A DNA stretch of 64,000 nucleotides from positions 1,088,001 to 1,152,000 of the forward strand of contig OZ244742.1 in NCBI GenBank assembly GCA_965219415.1. Direction: 5' to 3'. A program made the translations under genes and the position numbers. Source of the stretch: Candidatus Marinacidobacterales bacterium. GTDB lineage: Bacteria > Acidobacteriota > Vicinamibacteria > Marinacidobacterales > DATDRI01. The notes below the pieces were generated by a model that was given only the letters and a program-made list of their open reading frames with translations, was not told where the DNA came from and ran no database searches. Positions 54,630-64,000 of the stretch are shown one piece after another (position 1 is the stretch's first letter; every line of letters begins with the position of its first letter).

Positions 54630-56303
54630 ATGGCCACCCAACGGAACGACGAAACCGGCAACAACATCTTTACGTCGGCGTTCACCTTGAAGCGCCCGGC
54701 GATGGGCATCCGCGCTAAGGTGCTTTCCGTCGTGGTCCTGTCGGCGCTCGCGCCGGCCATGCTGGTAGGAGCCGCCTCCTACTTGACGTCGCGGGAAGAT
54801 CCTTATCGAGAAGGTCAACGATCAGCTCACCGGCCGCGCTACTTCCTCGTCGGAACAGGTGAGCCGGTGGTTCAAGGAACGCTCCCTCGACACCGAGATA
54901 TTCGCCAATTCGTTCATCGTCTCAGAGAACCTAAGACGTTGGGAAGTAGCGAAGGGAACGAAGGACAAGTTAGCCGCGGAAGAATCCAGGAGGCGACTCC
55001 AGGCGTATTTGGCGCAAGTTCAGAATCGCTACCCGCTCTACCGTGAGCTTTTCATCATCGACGGACGAGGGACTCTGGTGGCGAAAACGCGGCCATTCAT
55101 GGAGGACGTGGAAACGGAGCTTGCACCGGAGCTGCTCGGTTCGGAAGGAGACACCGCGCTGCAGCGGCTCGGAAGTGAGCTCGTCTTCCACGCGCGACGA
55201 GAGGTGCGGGACAGCACCGACCAGACGGTGGGGACGCTTGTCACCGTCAGTGGTTTGTCAGAAATGTGGCAACGGCTTGGAGGCGAACTGCATTCCGATT
55301 TCGGATCGCTCCGGATCATCGATGAGAACGGAAGGCCGCTGTTTGATGGTCGCGCGAATCCTCCCGATCTGGCGAGTGACTTCGCGTCCGAGGGAGTTCA
55401 GCGTGCCCTTCGGGGCGAGAACGGCATTGCCGAGTACCAGGACGGTCGAGGGCTGGGGTGCTCGGAGCCTATCGATTCATTCTGCCGCACCGGTTGGGCC
55501 TCATCGTGGAGAGGGACAGCGAGAAGGCGTTTGCCGCCGTTCATCGCCTCCGAGACATGAACCTGGTCATCAGCGCTCTTGCGGTGTTCCTGGTCACGGG
55601 AATCGGATACGGACTCGTGGTGAGCCTCACCCGACCGATTGAAGCCCTTATCGAAGGCGCCAAGGCCGTGGCCAAGGGAGACCTCAGCCGTGAGATTCCT
55701 ATCGTCACCACCGACGAAATTGGCTACCTCACAAAGGTCTTCAATCGAATGACCCGTGCCCTCAAGGAAACCCATACCGATCTGCAGCAAAAATCCAGCA
55801 CCGACGAGCTCACCGGGCTCTTCAACCGTCGTTTCCTGGCAAAGGCGTTCGGCATGGAGTTGAGTCGAGCGGAACGAAGCAGTAAGCCGCTATCGGTGCT
55901 CATGATCGACATTAATCACTTCAAAGCCTTCAACGATCGCTACGGCCACCCCGAGGGAGACACCGTGCTGCGTAACACCAGCGCGTTCCTCACCAAGCAC
56001 TTGCGCTCGACCGACGTTGCGGCGCGCTACGGTGGCGAAGAGTTCATCGTTCTGCTCCCATCTACCGGGAAACGCTAGGCGGGGAAGAAGGCCGACAACC
56101 TGCGAAGGGCTTTTGCCGAGGCGGGCCTCAGCGGCGAAAGCAAGACCAAGGTTACCGTCAGCATCGGTGTGGCCTCGATGCCGGACGACGGACTCACCGA
56201 ACATGAGTTGGTGGGTGCCGCCGACGCGGCGCTTTACGTGGCGAAGCGCCAAGGTCGCAATCGAGTAGCGATCTTCGAAGTAGCGCAGCCGGCCGCCGGC
56301 TAG
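54630..56303 (+). CDS. Membrane diguanylate cyclase (Cache-like sensor, HAMP, GGDEF) with three frameshifts
   Basis: DELTGLFNRR, RSTD I-site, RYGGEEF, TVSIG and ADAALYVAK spread over successive frames. Confidence 0.85.
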
Positions 56304-56306
56304 GCA

Positions 56307-57122
56307 CTAACGAACGACGCTGGCGTGAATCCACGCCCTGAGACCGTCGCCGGTCTCGACTCGAAACCAATCCCCCCAACGCGCGACGGCGAGGATCTGC
56401 TTGCCCTTGTCGACTTGGCCGACGAGACTCTTGTCCTTGCCAGGCCCTTCGCGGAGATTGGCCTTCACCACAGTTTCTACGCTACGCGCGGGCACGATCG
56501 GAATGATCTCGTTCGACGGGCCGAGCGAGGACGTGCGCACGTCGGCGACCATGCGTGCTTGACGCACCAATTCCCCCGCGCGTTCGCTAAGATAGGACGA
56601 GCCTCCGAAGTTCCCTTCCGCGAGAGCCTTGTCGGCTCGGGCTAGGAATTCGTTCGCACGCTTCAGTCGAACCGCGACCTCCGGATCGTTGGCCTGAGGA
56701 ACGGTTTGGAGCTCAACACGTACTTCGGCAATCCGAGAGATCGCCAGGGCACGGTTGTGGACGCTTCTCAGGCTCGCCTTGGAGCGAAGTACTTCCTCGA
56801 CGGAGCTCGCGAGCTCGATTTCGAGTGCCGCGTGGCGTTCTTCAAGGGAGGCCCGAGCCGCCTCTTGATCTTCCAGCCGCCGCCGGAGCCTTCGGTTCTC
56901 ACTCTTGGCCTCCGCCAGCTCGAGCTCGAGGCGTTTCATCGGGTCAACCCTTGCTGGCTTGGCTGGCTCAACTGGCTTGGCCGGTGGTTTGGCTTCCGTC
57001 GCGGCCGGGGTACCTGATTTGGACGCGGGCTGGGTAGCGGGTGTCACAGTCCTCTTGAGTCCACAGCCAATGGCAAGAATGCCGGCGATGGCAAGGAGGA
57101 GCGCCGTCAGTTTCGTCGCCAC
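56307..57122 (-). CDS. Lipoprotein with coiled coil and C-terminal SH3b domain
   Basis: Lipobox AIGC, a Pro-rich linker and ANLREGPG...WFRV...AWI. Confidence 0.75.
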   Translation of the reverse strand: MATKLTALLLAIAGILAIGCGLKRTVTPATQPASKSGTPAATEAKPPAKPVEPAKPARVDPMKRLELELAEAKSENRRLRRRLEDQEAARASLEERHAALEIELASSVEEVLRSKASLRSVHNRALAISRIAEVRVELQTVPQANDPEVAVRLKRANEFLARADKALAEGNFGGSSYLSERAGELVRQARMVADVRTSSLGPSNEIIPIVPARSVETVVKANLREGPGKDKSLVGQVDKGKQILAVARWGDWFRVETGDGLRAWIHASVVR

Positions 57123-57332
57123 GATAATCTCCCCTTTCGAGGCGGTTCTTGTTTTTTTAGTGGAGTTCCGAAGACCGGATGCTCACTATTCTAACGTAGC
57201 CATGTCGTTAAAAGCAAACGCCTTGTGACCGCGGGCCGCTCCCCCCCGCTCTCATGTTCATCGGTGAAGGTGTACCATTGGGCAGGTTCGACAAATGTCA
57301 AAGAATCGCCGGGCTAAAACTGGTCATAAGAG

Positions 57333-58175
57333 ATGAAGGGTTTGAGCGGGCTTCGGGTCGTCAGTTTCGAGAGCCGCCGTTCGGACGAGATGGCGAACCT
57401 CATCCGGAACCACGGAGGCGAGCCCATCCAAACCCCGTCGATGCAAGAGATACCGCTCACCGAGCAGAGAGAAGCGCTCGGGTTCGGAGAGGCGCTCGCA
57501 GGTGGCGACTGTGACGTGCTGATCCTTCTGACCGGTGTCGGCACCCGCATGTTGGTGGACACGCTCGCCACCCGGCGGCCACGTGAGGTTGTCCTGGAGG
57601 CGCTAGGAAAAACCGCTCTCGTCTGTCGGGGACCTAAACCCGTTGGCGTACTCAAGAAAATGGGCCTCCGGCCTACGATTACCGTGGGTGAGCCCAACAC
57701 CTGGCGCGATTTGTTGAGGGCACTCGATGACGAGCTGCCCGTTTCCGGGAAACGAGTCGCAGTCCAAGAATACGGAGCTCGTAATCAGGAGCTCCTCGAC
57801 GGCCTCAGAGAGAGAGACGCTGTCGTCACGCCCGTCCCGGTCTACGGATGGGCACTCCCCGACGACACCACGCCTCTTAGGAACGCCATCGAGCGCGCTG
57901 TGGCCGGCGAGATCGACGCTGCGGTGTTTACCAGCGCCACCCAGGCGGATCACCTTTTTCAAGTAGCGGAACAGCAGGCCCGAGCAGACGAGCTTGGGGA
58001 TGCCCTTCGCACCCGAATCCTGGTCGCTTCCATCGGCCCGATGACGAGCGAAGCCCTTGCGCGTTTGGGGATCGAGGCGGATATCGTTCCCGAGCATCCC
58101 AAGATGGGACACTTGGTGGCGGCGTTGGCGGAAGGCGCGGCACCGGGGCTCGAGAAAAAGCGCGGCAGGGGCTAG
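57333..58175 (+). CDS. hemD: Uroporphyrinogen-III synthase
   Basis: RGPKP, VPVYGW, FTSATQ, SIGPMT and HPKMG, next to siroheme genes. Confidence 0.85.
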   Translation: MKGLSGLRVVSFESRRSDEMANLIRNHGGEPIQTPSMQEIPLTEQREALGFGEALAGGDCDVLILLTGVGTRMLVDTLATRRPREVVLEALGKTALVCRGPKPVGVLKKMGLRPTITVGEPNTWRDLLRALDDELPVSGKRVAVQEYGARNQELLDGLRERDAVVTPVPVYGWALPDDTTPLRNAIERAVAGEIDAAVFTSATQADHLFQVAEQQARADELGDALRTRILVASIGPMTSEALARLGIEADIVPEHPKMGHLVAALAEGAAPGLEKKRGRG

Positions 58176-58819
58176 TGCGGGAGTCGGGACAGCAGCTCGC
58201 CCACGTCGCCGATGTCATCCATGTCGCGGCTTGCTGAGCCTCCCGACACCGCGATGCTGACTGCCAGCGGATCGTTCGGCTCCCCCGCTGCCTCGACTTG
58301 GATGTACTCCGCCTCGGGATAAAGCTCACCGAGGAACGACCGCAGCCCATCTTTTACCGCGTCGAATGCCTCTGGCGTTCGCGGTGCCAAAAGACGGTTT
58401 TGGATCTTGAAGAGTGCCTCGTCGTAGCGAAAGTGGAGCCTTCCTTCGAGCGCCGGTTCCGCCTGGAGCCGCTGGCAAGCCTTCAGCGCGGCTCCGAAGG
58501 CGCGACTGAGCCGCGACCGCACATCGCCTTCTGTCCGCCGCCTGCGAGAGTATAGAAGGCCCAGCCGTCCCCCGGATTGGTCCAGGCTGTACTGGCCTTC
58601 ATGACACATGAGCAAGACGCCCGGACCATGATAGACGTGGGAATAATCGGCCACGTCGATCATCACTTCATCTTCCAAACGGCGGGACTGTATCCATTCA
58701 TGGAAGATCGGGATGAAGTCTCTGGGTCCCAAATCGGTGGAGTCCACCGCGTAGAACTTGATCGCGAGCTCGTGCGCTTCGAGCGGACTCACAACCCTGG
58801 CACTAGACGACTGCGACAT
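58172..58819 (-). CDS. Hypothetical protein closing the sulfite reductase operon
   Basis: Overlaps the sir stop. FHEWIQ and IDVADYSHV. Start uncertain. Confidence 0.7.
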   Translation of the reverse strand: MSQSSSARVVSPLEAHELAIKFYAVDSTDLGPRDFIPIFHEWIQSRRLEDEVMIDVADYSHVYHGPGVLLMCHEGQYSLDQSGGRLGLLYSRRRRTEGDVRSRLSRAFGAALKACQRLQAEPALEGRLHFRYDEALFKIQNRLLAPRTPEAFDAVKDGLRSFLGELYPEAEYIQVEAAGEPNDPLAVSIAVSGGSASRDMDDIGDVGELLSRLPH

Positions 58820-61190
58820 CCAACTGCTCCAATAAACGCCCGTGGCAGGCGTAGACCGCCTCGATAAACAATTGAGCTTCTTCGATCCGATGGTGAGCGG
58901 CGTCTGTCGTGAAGTTCCCGTTGGCGCTTAACTCTTCGCAGTGAATGCGGAAAAGATAGTTGCCGAATTTTCCTCCCGCATACGGATCGAAGAAGAGTTT
59001 GGTGTCGTAGAAGCGGGTCCGGAATTCATGGATAATCTTGTCAGCACTGTCAGGCCCGTCAGGCCTGAGAGGATCGTCTGGCGGGCCGACCGCTAAATCG
59101 ATCTCACCGTTTTGGGAGCGTACCAGCGCCGCGGCCGCATCGAGCATTGCCCGAAAGGCGGTCTTCGCCGAATCGCGCGGGTTCCCGGCGTCCAACTGCA
59201 CTTGTGCCTCGAAGACTTGACGCTCGCTGGCGGCAAGTGAGAAATCGAAACGCGAGACCACCTCGCCGGCGCACTCGCCCTGCCCCATGTCCCCTAGTGT
59301 GAACTCGCGCGGATCCCCCCAATCGGAGTACAGGATCCGGTCTTGGTCGTAACTCGGAATCGCGGTCAGGTCGTCGATCCTCGAGCGCACCTTGACCTTA
59401 CCCATTCGGCCGATGAAGTCCTGAAACTTCTCGTTCGGCTTTCCATCACGCCGAAACCACTCGGTGATTCGGGTTACCACGTCGGGAATTCGTTTCGATG
59501 GTACCGCACCCACTGCCAACCCAAAAGATTTCCCATTCTCGGTCCACTGCCCACCCAGAACGACCTGAAAGTGTGGGACGGTGCGGCCGCCACTCTTGCG
59601 ACTCACTCCATAGAAACCGAGGTCGGCCACAGAGTGTTGACCACAAGAATTGAAGCACCCGCTGACTTTGATGCGCAGACCGTTGAGCGAAGCATCGAAG
59701 GCGAGGTTCTTCTCCAAGAGACGCGTCCGAAGCTCCTCGGCAAGGCCCCGCGAAGATGCGATCCCCAACTTGCAGGTGTCGGTGCCCGGGCACGCGGTGA
59801 CATCGACGATAGAGCCTGCGCCTGGCTCGCCCAGCCCCAATTCCTTGAGCGCGGAGTAGAGCTCGGGCAAATCGGCTTCGGCAACCCACCGAAGAACGAT
59901 GTTCTGATCGACGGTCGTGCGAACCGAATCGCCGCTGAACCGCCGTGCCAACTCGGCGAGTCGTCGCATCTGATGAGAAGACAGATCCCCCAGGGGGAGC
60001 GTGATAGCTGCCACCGAGTAGCCGGGCTGGCTTTGCTGGTAGACGTTGGTTGCCGTCCACGCTGCAAAGCCCTTGGGGTAGGGGCCCGGTCCCAGACGTG
60101 CCGAACGACGAGCCGGCTGGTCGGTTGCGGCCGTCAGAAAGACCTCCGGCACCGACCGACCGGCTTCGAGCGCGGAGACAAGCCCAGTCCATCGCGCATC
60201 CGTCGGAAGCTTTTGTCGTTCCTCCAGCACCAGGCGCCGAAACTCGTCGACCCCTAGGCTCGCGACCAAGAACTTGAGACGGGCGCGGGCCCGATTCTTC
60301 TTCTCGCCCAGTCGCGCGAAGACACGGCACACGGCTTGCACGGTGGGCAACATCTCTTCTACCGGCAAGAACGAATCGAAAAGCTTGGCCTGGTAGGGTA
60401 CGGCACCCAGACCGCCCCCCACGTAAAGCTCGAACCCCGGACGGCTGCGACCGTTTACGGTCTCGGTCTTCGCGATGAAACCGAGGTCATGAAAAGCGGT
60501 CAGCCCACAGGACTCTTCCTTGCACCCAGAGAACGCGATCTTGAACTTTCTACCGAAGTCCTGGGCGTCGGGGTGACCGAGCAGGAAGTAGGTCAAAGCC
60601 TTGGCATAAGGCGTGACGTCGAAGGTTTCCCCGCGACACACGCCCGACAAGGGGCAAGCGGTGACGTTCCGCACCGAATTGCCGCACGCTTCTTGCGTGG
60701 TGATGCCGACCGCGCCGAGACGTCTCATCATGTCCGGGGTGTCGTCGATATGGACGAAATGTAGCTGGAAATCCTGCCGGGTCGTGACGTGGACGATACC
60801 GTCGGAATAGTCGTCGGCGAGCTCGGCAAGAACACCCATCTGCTCCGGCGTCACGCTACCGAACGGGATCTTGATGCGTTGCATGCCGGGAGCATCCCAG
60901 AGCGTGTTGGGGCCCTTCACCACCGAGCCGGAGGGGTACTCGAGCTTCTGGCTTCGCCGACCGTCGTGTCGTTGACCGTTGTCGTACCGCTGTCCGTAGA
61001 CGCCCCGGCGGAGCCGCGTCTCGTTGAAAAGCTTCTCGTCCAGTTTGCCCTGACGGCGAAGCTCGACCTCTGTCTCGAAGATGCCGATCTCGCGCGCCAG
61101 CTCCACCGGCAATTTGTGGGTGAGCTCATGTTTCCAACTGTGCTCCGAAGATGAGGTGGTCGAAACCCGAGGCACGGTAGGAGTGCTCAT
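58803..61190 (-). CDS. Siroheme-dependent sulfite/nitrite reductase with C-terminal extension
   Basis: GVYGQR, TTRQDFQ, CPGTDTC and SGCFNSCGQH. In an operon with cysH. Confidence 0.92.
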   Translation of the reverse strand: MSTPTVPRVSTTSSSEHSWKHELTHKLPVELAREIGIFETEVELRRQGKLDEKLFNETRLRRGVYGQRYDNGQRHDGRRSQKLEYPSGSVVKGPNTLWDAPGMQRIKIPFGSVTPEQMGVLAELADDYSDGIVHVTTRQDFQLHFVHIDDTPDMMRRLGAVGITTQEACGNSVRNVTACPLSGVCRGETFDVTPYAKALTYFLLGHPDAQDFGRKFKIAFSGCKEESCGLTAFHDLGFIAKTETVNGRSRPGFELYVGGGLGAVPYQAKLFDSFLPVEEMLPTVQAVCRVFARLGEKKNRARARLKFLVASLGVDEFRRLVLEERQKLPTDARWTGLVSALEAGRSVPEVFLTAATDQPARRSARLGPGPYPKGFAAWTATNVYQQSQPGYSVAAITLPLGDLSSHQMRRLAELARRFSGDSVRTTVDQNIVLRWVAEADLPELYSALKELGLGEPGAGSIVDVTACPGTDTCKLGIASSRGLAEELRTRLLEKNLAFDASLNGLRIKVSGCFNSCGQHSVADLGFYGVSRKSGGRTVPHFQVVLGGQWTENGKSFGLAVGAVPSKRIPDVVTRITEWFRRDGKPNEKFQDFIGRMGKVKVRSRIDDLTAIPSYDQDRILYSDWGDPREFTLGDMGQGECAGEVVSRFDFSLAASERQVFEAQVQLDAGNPRDSAKTAFRAMLDAAAALVRSQNGEIDLAVGPPDDPLRPDGPDSADKIIHEFRTRFYDTKLFFDPYAGGKFGNYLFRIHCEELSANGNFTTDAAHHRIEEAQLFIEAVYACHGRLLEQLDVAVV

Positions 61191-61963
61191 GCCGAGACTC
61201 CTTTCTCTAAAGCAAGGAAAAGGGGATCTTCGATACCAATGCGATCGGCGAGCGAAACGACCTCGCCGATGACCAGCGTGCCGGGAACGTTGCCGGGAAC
61301 GTTGGATGCCGGGAGCGGAATCTGATCCAACTCGGAGAGAGGGCTCACCCAGGTCGCAGCCTGTGGTGTCGACGCTCCCAGGATGAGAGCCGCCGGCGTA
61401 TCCGGCCTCCAGCCTCGAAGCATCAGGAACTCCGAAAGGTCGCGGCGATTGGCGACTCCCATCAGCACCACCAGTGTGATCGAATTGGGTGTGACGGCCT
61501 CGAGCAGGGGTCGGTAGGATGCCGCGTCGTGTCCCGACACCACCATGAACCCGGCCGTCAGACCACGGTGCGTCACCGGGATACCGGCGAGAGCGGGAGC
61601 TGCCACCGCGGAGCTGATTCCCGGAACGACCTCGAAGGGGATTCCTGCCGCGGCGAGAGCGAGAGCTTCCTCCCCGCCCCGACCCAAAACAAAGGGATCG
61701 CCGCCCTTGAGACGCACTACACGTTGTCCTCGGCGCGCGGCGTGGATCATGATGCGATGGATCGTCTCCTGCGGAGTCGATTTTCGGCGCGCCCGCTTAC
61801 CGACATCGAAGGTGCGCGCCTCGCGTGCGAGGGCCAAGATTTCCGGTGACACCAAGGCATCGTGCAAAATGAGATCGGCCTCGCTCAAACGCCGCGACGC
61901 CTTCATCGTCAGGAGCTCCGGATCGCCGGGCCCGGCGCCGACCAACGAAACAAACCCAGTCAT
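61187..61963 (-). CDS. cobA: Uroporphyrinogen-III C-methyltransferase
   Basis: VGAGPGDPELLT, RLKGGDPF and VPGISS. Confidence 0.93.
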   Translation of the reverse strand: MTGFVSLVGAGPGDPELLTMKASRRLSEADLILHDALVSPEILALAREARTFDVGKRARRKSTPQETIHRIMIHAARRGQRVVRLKGGDPFVLGRGGEEALALAAAGIPFEVVPGISSAVAAPALAGIPVTHRGLTAGFMVVSGHDAASYRPLLEAVTPNSITLVVLMGVANRRDLSEFLMLRGWRPDTPAALILGASTPQAATWVSPLSELDQIPLPASNVPGNVPGTLVIGEVVSLADRIGIEDPLFLALEKGVSA

Positions 61964-62529
61964 CGCTCACGCTCCTCGTAAATCTCGTTCAGGGCCTTCA
62001 GTAGACGCGGGCGACGCTCGGCCATGGGAACACCTTCTTGACGCCATAGGCTACGCGCCTCGTGGGCGACGCTCGTCCACCGGTCCAAATCGCTGGGTAG
62101 CAGATGATCGAGGGCCTCCCGTATCAGGCCGGACAAGGCGGGGGCCGCCCCGTTGGTGGAAATACCCAACGTAACTCCCGAGCGACGCACGACTCCCGCC
62201 CCGTAGGCGGTCGCACTCGCAATATCGTCCACCGCGATGACGAAGATGCGACGCTCCGTTGCGGCCTCGGACACTTCTCGGTTCACTTCTGGGGGCGCCG
62301 CCGACACCACGAACCAGCAACCGTCGAGATCGCTCGGTCGAAAACGGCGAACGTGAAGACCCAGGTTCGGGTGAGCGATCTCGAACGTGATCTCGGGCGC
62401 CACCAGTGCGACGCGAGCACCCGCCTCCAAGAGGCTCTTGGTCTTTGCTTCTGCGACCGGGCCGCCTCCTACGACGAGGACGCGGCGACCGTCGAGCTTG
62501 AGGAAGATCGGAAAAAGAGGCGTGGACAT
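61960..62529 (-). CDS. Precorrin-2 dehydrogenase (CysG N-terminal/SirC-like)
   Basis: PLFPIFLKL, VVGGGPVA and ISTNGAAP. Confidence 0.9.
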   Translation of the reverse strand: MSTPLFPIFLKLDGRRVLVVGGGPVAEAKTKSLLEAGARVALVAPEITFEIAHPNLGLHVRRFRPSDLDGCWFVVSAAPPEVNREVSEAATERRIFVIAVDDIASATAYGAGVVRRSGVTLGISTNGAAPALSGLIREALDHLLPSDLDRWTSVAHEARSLWRQEGVPMAERRPRLLKALNEIYEERER

Positions 62530-62531
62530 GA

Positions 62532-63275
62532 CTATGACCCCGTCGGCTGCAACACCGGCACCAGCACGAGTCCCGATGCCCGGTTGTGAATTCCGCATTC
62601 GGTCTTGGCGCTGCCACGCCATCGGCCGGCGCGAGGATCTTCTCCGGGTCGTACCGGGCTCGTACACGGCATGCAACCGATGCTTGGATAGCTCCGTTCG
62701 TGGAGCGGGTTAAAGGGAACGTCGTGCTCTCGTACATATTCCCAGACGTCGCGTGTCGTCCACTCCACCAGCGGGTTGACCTTCACGAGCCCGAACTTCT
62801 CGTCGAGCCCGACGAGCGGTGCTTTGGCCCTTTCGGGAGTCTGGTCACGCCGCAGAGCGCTGATCCAAGCCTCCGCCCCTTCCAATGCCGCTCGTAGCGG
62901 CAGGACTTTTCTCACTTCGCAGCACCGGTCCGGATCTCGTTCCCACAAGGCCTCGCCGAAACGATTCGCTTGCTCGGAGATGGAAAGCTCCGGTCGTACG
63001 GCGCGACCGCGGAGGTCGTAGCGTTTTTCGAGCTTGCTCCAAAGGGCATAGGTCTCTTCGAAGAACAAACCGGTGTCGAGAGTGAAAATGTCCACCGGCA
63101 ACTGATTCCTGCCAATGATGTCGATGAGCACACACCCTTCCACCCCGAAGGCGGTTGCCATGACGAGCCGGGGCGCGAAACGCTCCGACGCCACGCGGAG
63201 AATGTCGGTGGTCGCACGGACTTTGAGAAGACGGTCCAAGTCACGGATCTGCTGTTCTCGCTCTAGCTGCTGCAT
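62532..63275 (-). CDS. cysH: APS/PAPS reductase (Fe-S-containing APS type)
   Basis: LDTG, CCEVRK, SIGCMPCT, RAGRW and ECGIH. Confidence 0.95.
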   Translation of the reverse strand: MQQLEREQQIRDLDRLLKVRATTDILRVASERFAPRLVMATAFGVEGCVLIDIIGRNQLPVDIFTLDTGLFFEETYALWSKLEKRYDLRGRAVRPELSISEQANRFGEALWERDPDRCCEVRKVLPLRAALEGAEAWISALRRDQTPERAKAPLVGLDEKFGLVKVNPLVEWTTRDVWEYVREHDVPFNPLHERSYPSIGCMPCTSPVRPGEDPRAGRWRGSAKTECGIHNRASGLVLVPVLQPTGS

Positions 63276-63313
63276 CTTTACCTCGACCCCAGTGCCCTCA
63301 CGGTCCCGGCCCC

Positions 63314-63349
63314 AAAAAGCAAAAGGCCCAGGTCCTTTGGACCTGGGCC
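63314..63349 (-). terminator. Intrinsic terminator inside the cysH leader
   Basis: 11-bp perfect stem GGCCCAGGTCC/GGACCTGGGCC followed by TTTTGCTTTTT. Confidence 0.8.
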
Positions 63350-63378
63350 ATGAGCCGCTTGGTTGCGGTTAATCTTGT

Positions 63379-63525
63379 CTACATAAAGCTAAGCCGCGGA
63401 GAATCCGAATCCTTCAATCGGCGGCCGACAGACATACCGAGTGCTGTTCCAAGTGGCACATGGCCCGGTCCCCCGGGCCGGCTACACTTGCAGGACCTCC
63501 GCATCAGCATGTCGCCAAATCTCAT
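63379..63525 (-). CDS. Candidate Cys/Met-containing leader peptide
   Basis: MRFGDMLMRRSCKCSRPGG..., ending just before the terminator. Alternative ATGs at 63564, 63537 and 63510. Confidence 0.5.
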   Translation of the reverse strand: MRFGDMLMRRSCKCSRPGGPGHVPLGTALGMSVGRRLKDSDSPRLSFM

Positions 63526-63569
63526 CTCTTGAACCATTCTGACCTGCCGGTCGGCTGGTGTCAAATTAA

Positions 63570-63593
63570 AATATGACTTTTTTGGTCGGAATC
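63570..63593. promoter_or_regulatory. Rrf2-family (IscR/CymR-like) operator candidate
   Basis: GACT-N5-GGTC with AT-rich flanks, one mismatch from the IscR type-1 core GACT-N5-AGTC. Confidence 0.45.
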
Positions 63594-63779
63594 TAATATC
63601 CTTATAATCAGTTGTTTACGTGGCCACACCCTGTATACGGTCGGCATTCAACCATGGGCTATTCCGCGGCCCGTCAGGCGCGGTGAATGTCCGGAGGGTG
63701 GGTTATCGGCGTCTGACGGTGCTCACTCTTGGCTCCCAGGGTCAATTTGACGCCCTCATGAGTTATCATAAAGATATCC

Positions 63780-64000
63780 ATGGATAAGAAAGAGCGCACT
63801 CGACTCATCGAGCGGTTCGCCTCTGGACTCAAGTATCCCTACCTCTTCCTGCTCATCGCCGCCGTCTTCTTCCTGGATCTCATCGTGCCCGACGCGATCC
63901 CCTTCGTCGACGAGATTCTCCTGGGGCTGGCGGCCGTTCTTCTGGGTACATGGAAAGAGCGCAAGGGGGTGGAGTCGAAACCGCCGATGAAAAACGTCAC
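63780..64000 (+). CDS. Small membrane protein (DUF6116-like), runs off window
   Basis: Manual translation MDKKERTRLIERFASGLKYPYLF...LDLIVPDAIPFVDEILLGL. Confidence 0.7.
   Translation, partial: MDKKERTRLIERFASGLKYPYLFLLIAAVFFLDLIVPDAIPFVDEILLGLAAVLLGTWKERKGVESKPPMKNV

Noticed and set aside
63379-63540. SAM-I riboswitch in the cysH leader
   Set aside because: TCAAGAG is present, but the kink-turn, GCAACC and GTGC elements are not in the required arrangement.

Overview
GC-rich bacterial chromosomal window. Remnants of an ADOP-type permease and a kinase/PD40-type protein suggest an Acidobacteriota-like source (inference). The left ~38 kb is accessory and IS-riddled. It holds a minus-strand redox operon (AKR, cupin, MFS, Tat FAD oxidoreductase, and a CDGSH-bicupin fusion missing from the ORF track), three IS256 copies, four IS3 elements or remnants, a VOC/WYL pair and a secreted metallopeptidase with a lipoprotein partner. 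A tRNA-Asp att remnant split by two small palindromic insertions borders a nine-gene amide/amine catabolic cluster, followed by a DUF2924/serine-recombinase module. The right part is more core-like: glpK, S9 and M14 peptidases, pilin-like genes, a two-component system, hydA, tam, a diguanylate cyclase, hemD and a cysH-sirC-cobA-sir operon. The leader of that operon looks like a Cys-sensing transcription attenuator. Many genes carry single-base frameshifts, probably partly assembly errors. All product calls come from motif recognition, not database searches.
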